In this document: positions 38,591 to 48,030 of the stretch, in pieces | Numbering within the stretch: the first letter of the stretch is position 1 | Layout of the letters: the number at the start of each line of letters is the position of its first letter | Assembly: GCA_040954595.2 (NCBI GenBank) | Contig: CM082579.2 | Span: 8,173,625 to 8,237,624, forward strand | Direction: 5' to 3' | Length of the DNA stretch: 64,000 bases | Source of the DNA: Balanoglossus misakiensis | Taxonomy: Eukaryota; Animalia; Hemichordata | Program-made: the position numbers and the translations under genes | Notes under the pieces: model-generated | Databases searched by the model: none | The model's input: only the letters and a program-made list of their open reading frames with translations | What the model was told of the DNA's origin: nothing

Positions 38591-40939
38591 AAGTAGATGG
38601 CAGGGGAACGCTCCGATGAAAACGGTGTCTCGTTTCCGACCCGGCTTTTCTGATCTCTGTTGTATATGACTTATTTTCCACACCCTTCCTCATGATCGCG
38701 GTAAGCCACGGCTTGTCTTGTCACAGGGAGCCAAATATCGATATTTTCTCGTTGATATGGAGTAAATACCGATAAACTAAAGAGTTTCGATTTTCGTTCG
38801 TTCGTTTGTTTGTTTGTTTGAATAACGATAAAATAAAGCATAAGACTTTCCTTGAAAGCCAGAATAGCCCGGGCCTACTTGTACATTGATTACACCATTT
38901 GTCCTACTGAATCCGGCCGAGACATTTTCCTGGTACAAATAATGTGCATACCGTTGTGTTCAAGTCTGTCGTTGGTGGTGCACTTTTATACTCAACGTCG
39001 TGGCTGAATCACTCTACGCGATGACGGGGTCTGCCGCCTGCTTCAGCTTGCAGACGAAGATGCCTTCTCTTGTACATTATGCTAGAGTTGGGGTTACCCC
39101 AGGTCACGTCACTAAACAAACCAACCGAACGTGAAAATATTTCCCTTCTCCCTAAAAGCCAATCAGAGAGAAAGCATTGACTTGTTGTTGCACGCCGGGT
39201 CATTTTTTTAACTGGGCTACAATAATGTTTTTCTCGCATTTCGAGAACAAAATGGCAGGAAAAGATTTGGTAAAACGCTAACGCACCATGAAAGTCCCAT
39301 GGCGCATGCCTACAATTTGCCATTTATTTGTGTCAAAGTTCTTACCCTGGAAGCTCTTGGGAGACGCAACGTCTTTCTCCCTCAGCTGCCGAACTGTCTT
39401 GACTCTACGATCCGATTTCAGCTGACCGACTCAACACAATATTTCCACTGGGATCTCAGTGACGTAGACGAAACAATCGAGAATTACAAAATATACGGTA
39501 TGTAGACACTTGTCCTGTCGATTAGCAATCAATTTTATCTTTGTTAGTGAACTTATTGCAGACTTTGTTCATCATTTTGCGGTGCACCGCATACCGTCAT
39601 ACACACACCACACCCCCCCTTTTCTTGAGGTGTATACCAGATGCTCATAGTCTTGTCGTTACTACCGCTTTGACACCTCAAGTAATCTTAAATATATTTT
39701 GGCGTTGAGAAATGTACACCCTGTACTGATTTCACTGGGTCTTGAAGGCACAATTCACTGGCATCCGGCGTCGACGTATTGTATGTGCTGCCATGAAACT
39801 ATGTAAAATGTATTTGGGAAATCACAAGAATGCGAACACTATCGACTAACATAACTGTCACAGTAACTCAATCTGAATGTAGTTCAGTGGATGGATAGTG
39901 TCTCTTCTATATTATGGGAGCTATGGAGAAACCACCTACAGCGACCCTTCGACCCCGATTCGCAAAGAAAACAGATGTTGTTTTCACCTCCACCCTTCAG
40001 CAACCCTGCCTGTTCTCCAAAAAGTGACATTCGTTAGATGCTAAATAGGATTTCGTCAAGGGGCCCGCCTCTTTCGGCCCGTGCTAGTTTTCTGGTACGC
40101 GCGTGTCAAGCGTTATCATGTTTCATTCATCGCGTTCATATTTTCTCAGATAACAGCGTAAAATATCATCTGACATACTGACACAGCCGAACGTGGTGCA
40201 GCCAGTCTGTGCATATAGCCTTTATTAACCTATATAACAAATATAACTGTACCCCGAAGAACTGCAGCTGGCGATCGTTTGAAGCACGAACAACTCTACA
40301 TTTATCAATACCCACAAGAAAGCGAAGAGATCAAAATTAAAATTGGATAAAACATATGTTACAAAATGAAGAACCGAACCGCACTCAACGTTGAGATCTT
40401 CTTCTACTGTCCATGGAATAACATGCCTTAGATTTTACTTACCACCGAGTCACGATATTATCGTGGTGCGTTGAAAATAATGCCATTTCAGTACGATAGC
40501 ATCTTGAGCGATGTTGACCGAGATAATTAAATGCATATCGCATTAACACGGCAGTGTGTATAAAATGATAAAGGTTATCAATGAGAGAAACGGATGCTAA
40601 AAAGACACGGGTATCAGCAAATCGAGAAAACACAAGGTTTGTATATTCAACCATACCCCCCTCCCACGCCCACACACACACACACCCAAACCCATGTTTT
40701 AGGTCCCCGAATCGTTTAAAACGTGATACGGCTATGCATCAGACAATTAATTGAAATATATTTTTAATTTATTGAAGATATTTTTGTATCTCCAACAGGT
40801 AAAATAATGTTTGGGAGTCCCAGTCCTAATGATTTCAGCGATCATCTCAAGAAGCCTTCAACCACAAAAATTCTCTTCTCGTAATAAATTACATTCGTGC
40901 TTTTGAACTTTCCCCACACTTAACACAGAAACCATTATC

Positions 40940-43900
40940 ATGAATATCAGAGCAATCCTAACATTTCTGGTGATATTCCTCGGCGTCGCCACCTCGTCCC
41001 ATGAGCCAGATGGAGCAAATTGTGGAAAAACTGTTGGGTGCGTGACGTATCCTCACCGCTGCGTGGGACGAGCCTGTCAGGTATTGGTCACCTACGTCGA
41101 AGAGAGCGTGCAAGAAAGCAAAGATGCGGTTTCCATAGAGATGTTGGCAAAGACGAGCGGTTGGTTCGCACTTGGCTTTTCTTTGGATCAACACATGGTG
41201 AGCATCAGAAACCCTTTTGAAACCAAAAACCTACAATTTGGTTAAAGTACCATCTTTTTATTTTCAAGACTGCGAGGAAGTATGAATAACTGACAACGTA
41301 TTATTAAATTTTAAATGTTAGTTGACAGTAGATTGAATGAATACAAAGAAAATGCTACTATGAGTTTTGTGAAAAAAAGTGGTACACGACAATTTTGTAC
41401 AAAGTGGGGAATTAGCTCAGATGGTAGAGCGCTCGCTTAGCATGCGAGAGGTACCGGGATCGATACCCGGATTCTCCAGAAATATTTTGCTTCATGCTGA
41501 ATAGTTTCATCATTTATTTCAAAAGTTATGACTTTTTTTCTTATTTTCGATTTCTGCATCGTGTACGTAACATGACGGGGAATTAGCTCAGATGGTAGAG
41601 CGCTCGCTTAGCATGCGAGAGGTACCGGGATCGATACCCGGATTCTCCAGTTAAAGTTTTTCTGAATTCTGAAAAGTCCCATGAAAATATTTTGTTAAGT
41701 TATGACAGTTTATTGTTTTTTATTTGTGGTACTTATCTTAGTCCCCAGGATGATTTGGTGTCGTTTTTTTTCACCTAGGGTCAAGATGACGTCTACACAT
41801 GCGTTGTTAACTCATCGGGGAAGGTTGAACTTCGACACTATTACAACTTTGGACGCGGGAATTTTCAGTTCCCTCTGGTAAGTCTGTATGCATTTTTGAA
41901 ATCAAGTTGACAAGAAAAGTTCAGTGGATTTCGTCAAATAACCCGAATTTAACTAACGTCATTTAAATACAGACAAAACATGCGTGACAAAGCTAGATTA
42001 CATTAAAGGGCGACGATCGTCTTATGCGCATGTTGGCACCACGTTCACTCCAGACAGTGATCGTTGCCAAACCAAAGACTCTGGTTACAAAAAAATGTAT
42101 GCTATGTATAGTTGATGCCATACGGCAGTGTGCTGTCCTAACAACAGACGAGATGGCAGCGACCACAGCATGTGTAAAACGAAAAATAGCATCTGAGCTT
42201 ATTCCCCGTTATGCTAAGTGTAAGATACACAAATCAAAAATAATAAACTATCATAACATTTGCAAAAATAAAATTCAAGAAACTCTTCAGCATGAAGCAA
42301 AATGTATCTGGAGAATCCGGGTATCGATCCCGGTACCTCTCGCATGCTAAGCGAGCGCTCTACCATCTGAGCTAATTCCCCGTCATGCTATGCACAAGTT
42401 ACACAAATCGAAAAAATATCATATTTAGCAAAAGAAAAGTTTAAGAAACCTTTTAGCAAGAAGTAAAACGTTATCTGGAGAATCCGGGTATCGATCCCGG
42501 TACCTCTCGCATGCTAAGCGAGCGCTCTACCATCTGAGCTAATTCCCCTGCATATCATCTAAAATAGACACGTCTTGTACTCAAAAGATTCTAAACAGTG
42601 TGTGAACAACTGATGCAAAGTATGCTCAATGAGACAATAGATAAGAATAATAGCGACCGAGTTGTTTGCCCGGGGTGATCGATATCAACAGTAACTCGTA
42701 TGTAGGCCAGGGAGATGGTTACTTACCGAAATATTTGTGGATATATTACCAGTAATATTGGGCAAATCCAGATACTCGTGTACCCTATTTAATTTCACCC
42801 CATATCTCCCTAGCACGGCGTGAGTCGTTTCCAAGGCGGTTATCAAGATGGCTATCTGTGGTGTCGTTTTACCCGTCTCAAAACCGTGCCGGACAGGAGA
42901 AAGAAGAAGGTTCATGACCTCAACCGCGAATGCTACTTTCTACTTCCAGTCGGAGAGGTAGCACCGGACGGTATGAAGTTTTCTTGTTTTTAAGTTGCCG
43001 CCTCCACAAGTTGACACCAATGGGTTTCTTACATCAACAGCAGATAAACATGTACTAGTACTATTATTAATGATCATTTTATTCGTCTGGTGTAAATATT
43101 AAAAACAGACTCCTGATTAATATTTAAACAAGTAAAAGACAAAGAAGTATTTTAAGACATAATTATGATTCACCTCTGTGTGACACAGGCTGTGTTGCCA
43201 AACCGAACAATATGTGCTTCAACATACATGTATATTGTATATGTATATACAGAGCAGAAACAGTGTCACTGTCTGTGCGATTTTAATCCGAAACCACTGC
43301 CTTTTCAAAAGTGGTGTCCTGCTAACTGGAAGTGCTGCATGTTGCTTGACCTATTTTCCATGCATCCGCGTCACCCATTATCTGTGGATTCACATAATAC
43401 AGCAAACATCCTAATACCCATTTTTGTCGTTTCGTAGTGTTGACTCCTTCCCTTTCCTCTTTGTGTTTGTTGAAATCTAGGCACATTGCTAAAGCACGAC
43501 CCTCTTCCGCGCGTTTCGAAATCCAAGGCGTACATTCGGTTTAAAAACGAGGTGATCGAGGCCGTGAAGAGCCATGACCCGGATGACCACGACCCAAATG
43601 ATAATTTCAGATATGCGAATGCGAAGAATCGTTCAGCGGTGGCTGTCGGCTCATCAGGTGCGAATAAACCCAATATCAGACTACGTGCAATAGTATAAGC
43701 TGCAGAGATGCGTTCATGTTCTCTGTGCGTTATCGTTCTGCTGTTGTAGCGATCGCGGCAATCGCGACAGGAACGGAACAACCAACAAATGCATAACCTA
43801 TCTCTACATGTGATTTAAATTTAGAGGCCTTGTAACGCATAGCTGGCTATATGCATCTAGCGTTGACTTTGCATTGTTATTTTTTTACACAGACTTGGTT

Positions 43901-43945
43901 ATGCTCATCTGCTGTGCCCTGGTATATTTGCTACGACTAAAGTAA
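40940..43945 (+). CDS. DOMON-domain protein 1 (FRRS1/FRRS1L-like; signal peptide + single DOMON + C-terminal hydrophobic/GPI-like tail), 247 aa
   Basis: Exons 40940-41197, 41779-41877, 42814-42970, 43481-43657 and 43893-43945 (744 nt, phases 0,0,1,1). Motifs CGKTVGC...P..C, SGWFALGFSLDQHMGQDDVYTC, DGYLWCRFTR, YFLLPVG, GTLLKHDPLP; tail DLVMLICCALVYLLRLK*. Confidence 0.88.
41406..41478 (+). tRNA. tRNA-Ala(AGC), copy 1 (DOMON-1 intron 1)
   Basis: 73-nt cloverleaf GGGGAAT..ATTCTCC-A with G3:U70 and anticodon arm CTCGC-TTAGCAT-GCGAG. T4 run just downstream. Confidence 0.97.
41577..41649 (+). tRNA. tRNA-Ala(AGC), copy 2 (DOMON-1 intron 1)
   Basis: Identical to copy 1 and followed by an oligo-T terminator. 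Confidence 0.97.
42309..42381 (-). tRNA. tRNA-Ala(AGC), copy 3 (DOMON-1 intron 2, antisense to host)
   Basis: Exact reverse complement of copy 1, with T4 downstream on the minus strand. Confidence 0.97.
42476..42548 (-). tRNA. tRNA-Ala(AGC), copy 4 (DOMON-1 intron 2, antisense to host)
   Basis: Exact reverse complement of copy 1, with T4 downstream on the minus strand. Confidence 0.97.
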
Positions 43946-44048
43946 TAGTGCAATGTGGAAACATATTAGCGATTCAGTGTGCTGTCACTTGTGTGTGGAA
44001 GTGTGTTACCCGTGGTCATATAAACCACATAAACCATGTATAAAACTG

Positions 44049-46235
44049 TTACTCATCGAGAAGATATTTGTGGATATTGAAAAACCGAGGTTCGCTTCCG
44101 CGCAAGCACGCTTGCGGCAGGTATCCGTGTCTGACGTGGTTTCTTCCAGTGTCGAGGTCGACGACGATAACAGTTACATTCGAAGTAGGGTTATCATTTG
44201 GGCAATCCTCAGCTTCTTGGTCGGAAATGGTGAAGTGTAACTCATTCTGCCGAATGAGCACCGAGGGAGCGGCGCTGAATTCGGGGAGGGTCCAGCTCGG
44301 CGGGCTCGCGCGGCTCACCAGTTCCCAACCGCTTGTCGGCCCGGAGCCGTCATCGCATCGGTACACCTCCGCACAAACTGTTTCGCCGTCTGAGTAGCGA
44401 CACGGCGACACTGATAAGGTAGCCAGATGCAACACCTGATCGCGCGAAAGCAACCAGAGAAAGCGCCTCTCGACTTGAGATAGTTCCAAAGCAGAGTCCA
44501 CCCGCCACTCCCCAGTCGCGATGTTGTACTTGTGGACTGGAACGGTGACGTTCGCATCGGCGTCCTGCTCGAGTTCATGTGTTGGGGAAACGCTGGATGA
44601 CAGAGCATAGATACAATCACGAGATGCTGCGAGGCTAACGCTCCCTCCTTTCTCCACCGCTGGAGGCGACAGTTCTTCGTATTCGTCAGAGTCCAAATTG
44701 TACCTCTGAAAATTCATAACCGTCCTCTCTTTTTGAGAACCGCTTACGGAGTATACAAAATATACATCAGCTCCAAGAAATGCGCCCGACCACTCCTCGA
44801 AACTTTCGAATTCGGACCCGGGAGATATTAAGGGCGCCCCCTCTGTCAAAGCCCGGTCTTCGAAGTTGTACATCCACACCCTGCCCAGTGATGTGACGTA
44901 AAGACACGTCACTGTCATCGGAAAGACACATTTAATAAATTCGCCGGCAGCTAGAGATGGACACGGAAGATTGAGTGCATCCCTTGTAGCATAGTTTTCA
45001 GCAATATATCCCAGGGATAATGAATGCGTGTTCAGACAGCAGCTGACATCGCGATAGCACCGCGGTGGAACTCTCTGCCGAATTTCGATTTTCTCAGAAT
45101 AGTTACCGAAGAAATAGGTAACGAGTCTGTCGAGGAGTGGGCTGGACTCGGGAAATTCTCGTGCGTCGCTACGTATCAGCTCTTTCTGGGGAACGTATGG
45201 AAAGCGGACGAGAGCAAGTAACCGCGTAAGCGAATGTCTGCGACCGTGCGCATCCTTGCGGGTCCATCGCATCACAGCGTCATACACGAACTGTTCGTTG
45301 TCTGCGACCAGCGAATCGAGTTCAAGAAGCCCGGCTAACGCGTCTGGCTGCAGTTCAAGAAACTGATCGCACGTGGACACCTCGGCAAAATTATCGCTGA
45401 TGACCTTTCTCGTTGAAGACGCCAGCCGCGAACACCCAATTTGTGTTGCGAACTGGTACATGTCCACTTGGTCGCCCAAATCGCCCAGGTACCGCTGAAC
45501 GAACGCACAGCAGTGCTCTTCGACGTCATCAAACTGATAGCGAACGGCGGTCGCCAGTAAACGACATACGATTTCCATATTGAGGTGCAGAACTCCCGAG
45601 TAACAGTAGTTTACTAAAATGCGCATGATATCGGGATCGGCGTCTTCTATTTCTACCGTTCTTTGGTGGCTTTCTTGCAGGTTGGAGTGGGTTAGCATAT
45701 CTCGGAAGTATTCGTTACACGCGGACAGCACAACGCGGTGGCAGGGAATTTCCTCGCCCTTGCAAACCAGACAGACGTCAGTCGACGCCAGTTTACCGCC
45801 TTCCAGAAGAAGCTTCTCAAAGTTTTTGATCACAGAGGGGGTGTTACCGAAACACGCCGCTTCTCCCCTGTCACTGTTCACGAAGTTGCCGTGCTCGGTA
45901 CTTTTGCTGCCCACACTTTCAAACGACCTGTTGATGGACTCCGTGTCGTCTGACGCCGAAGGCATATTGGAGGGGGGATCGTCTGCGGCTGACGGCGAAC
46001 CGTGGCGGTGATATTCTCCGCTCCCCTGAAAGCACACTGGCATATCGGTGAATAATTCCTGTGCTCTGAGCGTCTGGAGGTTCTTCGTGACCCTGTCAGC
46101 ATGCTGCAAATCCTGGATTGCCTCCCCATTTTCGCTGAAATTTATCACCACTTTCGAGTAGTAGCTGACGTCTGCTGCAGGAGACCGGAATCCTGAAAAA
46201 TGCGCCATATTTCTTTTGTTAGCTTGGTTGCACAT
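44049..46235 (-). CDS. Intronless BTB-BACK-degenerate kelch protein (KLHL/KBTBD family, probable CUL3 adaptor), up to 728 aa
   Basis: Uninterrupted ORF. BTB: TDVCLVCKGEEIPCHRVVLSACNEYFRDM...LVNYCYSG. BACK: FAEVSTCDQFLEL...EQFVYDAVMRW...LLALVRFP. C-terminal kelch-like repeats: VWMYNF, FQRYNLDSDEYEEL, IYAL, VHKYNIATGEW, EVYRC..GWELV. The start could be the ATG at 46235 or 46208. Confidence 0.92.
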   Translation of the reverse strand: MCNQANKRNMAHFSGFRSPAADVSYYSKVVINFSENGEAIQDLQHADRVTKNLQTLRAQELFTDMPVCFQGSGEYHRHGSPSAADDPPSNMPSASDDTESINRSFESVGSKSTEHGNFVNSDRGEAACFGNTPSVIKNFEKLLLEGGKLASTDVCLVCKGEEIPCHRVVLSACNEYFRDMLTHSNLQESHQRTVEIEDADPDIMRILVNYCYSGVLHLNMEIVCRLLATAVRYQFDDVEEHCCAFVQRYLGDLGDQVDMYQFATQIGCSRLASSTRKVISDNFAEVSTCDQFLELQPDALAGLLELDSLVADNEQFVYDAVMRWTRKDAHGRRHSLTRLLALVRFPYVPQKELIRSDAREFPESSPLLDRLVTYFFGNYSEKIEIRQRVPPRCYRDVSCCLNTHSLSLGYIAENYATRDALNLPCPSLAAGEFIKCVFPMTVTCLYVTSLGRVWMYNFEDRALTEGAPLISPGSEFESFEEWSGAFLGADVYFVYSVSGSQKERTVMNFQRYNLDSDEYEELSPPAVEKGGSVSLAASRDCIYALSSSVSPTHELEQDADANVTVPVHKYNIATGEWRVDSALELSQVERRFLWLLSRDQVLHLATLSVSPCRYSDGETVCAEVYRCDDGSGPTSGWELVSRASPPSWTLPEFSAAPSVLIRQNELHFTISDQEAEDCPNDNPTSNVTVIVVDLDTGRNHVRHGYLPQACLRGSEPRFFNIHKYLLDE

Positions 46236-47775
46236 ACGCTGGTCCTAATCCTACATTGAATAATGGGCAAAGAGGGCTTGTTCCAACACAGTGTGGACTT
46301 TCTTGAATTATCCCGGATGTCTGCAATAAATGACAAAAATCGCAATTCTTTAGGTTTAGTTCATGCTGAATGCAGTGCTAGCTGTTGCATATATTGTTGA
46401 CTAAATGCAAATTACGCTCAGGTGGTAGCAATGGCTGACGTTGCATTCTAACTCAACTGCAGCTGGCAGGAGGAACCACCAGTAACTTTACAATGTAAAC
46501 TTCCTCATTCTATTAAAGTCTGACCCGGAGTCTGACCAATATCTGGGTCTTCTGGCTCTCTACCAGTCAGTCTAATGGTGGGTATTGTACCGACGTGGTC
46601 TGTCAAGAGAGAACTCCACCAACATTTTCAATGTTTTGTTTATGCCTCAGTGACGGACAACCATCACCGACGTTGTCTTGCTTTCTGGGGCCTCCATATA
46701 AGCTAGCTGCAGACACCGAACTCTGGCTGAGTTAATAAATTTAAAATAGAAGACGATTTGCAATAAAATAAGATAAAATACCCACCAGCGAGAAATGCAA
46801 GTCATCTGAGATTTGAGGCAGTAACGTTGAAGTGGCAGTGTGCTGTGCGAAATTCCATAAATTTGCAGTTTCTGCGACGTGTTTTCGTCACGGTGGCAGA
46901 CTAACAATCGACCAGATCGATACCAAGCGCCAAACGCCGCCCCGGGTCAATCGCAGGTCGCCAAACCAAACGCTCACGTGTGTGTAGTTATAGTAGTCAC
47001 GTGTCTATTAGACTCGTCGGGTCAATAATTCTCGGTCGCTGATCGAAACATTACCAGTTTACGTGTTGCGTTCGACCGGGCCGATAGAATGAGTGCCATG
47101 TGGTAATTTTTACCAATTGGTGAAACAGTCACCTTCGTGTTTACTGAATCTCTCGAGATATGACATTCTTTTATAATTGAGTATATAATGAGAGGTCAGT
47201 GGGTCGTGCAAAGTACGGTGTAGGATGCAGTATAATTTTATTTTGCGTCATAAATCTAAAATCCCCGAGAAATTTTGTCCTAATACGGATAATCTCAGTC
47301 ATTAAATATCAGCTCATTTGCATAAGAAACAAACGGACTTCACAAAATTATGTTCTGGGCGACACAGACCGATTAAACACTTCCCAATTTTTCATCAAAA
47401 TTAATCAGTGAAAAACCTATGCGGTATATTCCTCTGCCCAGGCCTCCACAGCAGTTTAATTCACACGTCTCCGATGACGTGATGTCAGCTTTATTAATTC
47501 ATAACCCGACATGCATCATTTAAAGTAATGCATCGGAAATCATGTCTTTGCGCGTAAAGGGTGTCATTATAAAAGAGAATCTAAAATATTTAACGCCGAT
47601 TCAAAAGGGTTTCACGCCTGAGACCATAGACTTGTCACTTTAGCGCAGGTAGTTTCAGAGCAGAAAATTGAAAGATAAATGGATGTAATCAGTATTATGC
47701 ATCAGCGGCACTGAATGCAGTGTGAAGAATTCCACAAACCATTACTGACACCCTCGTTGTATTTGCCAGAGTGAT

Positions 47776-48030
47776 TTATTTTCTGTGGTCTGTTCTAACT
47801 TCGAGTCCTTCCCGCGTGTCTCCGCCATATGGACCGCCGATTGCTATTGAGTATATAACGATCTCTTGGCCATCTTCCTCCATCTGTCGATCTGTCGGAT
47901 TGAACTTCTTGCATCCGCAGATGTGACAACACAACTCTCCTATTCTCACGAAGAAAAAAGCGACTAACATAATCAATAGCCCACTTCCAAACACCGCAAA
48001 GAAGAACACTCCGGGTCCAGCGTCCGCCAT
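47776..48030 (-). CDS. Candidate small single-pass membrane protein, 84 aa, unknown family
   Basis: ATG in good context (aatcATGG). Short N-terminus, ~21-aa hydrophobic helix (VFFFAVFGSGLLIMLVAFFFV), Cys cluster ELCCHICGCKK, and an acidic tail. Strong acceptor (ttctttcctttatacag|) at 48110/48109 just upstream. Confidence 0.55.
   Translation of the reverse strand: MADAGPGVFFFAVFGSGLLIMLVAFFFVRIGELCCHICGCKKFNPTDRQMEEDGQEIVIYSIAIGGPYGGDTREGLEVRTDHRK

Noticed and set aside
41406-42548. CRISPR-like array or tRNA-derived SINE cluster
   Set aside because: The repeats are complete, identical tRNA-Ala cloverleaves with Pol III terminators. The spacers are homologous to each other, there are no SINE tails or TSDs and no cas genes, and the context is eukaryotic.
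46515-46575. Possible second TAG-terminated hairpin element upstream of the BTB gene
   Set aside because: Arms are too short and degenerate, and no TSD could be identified.
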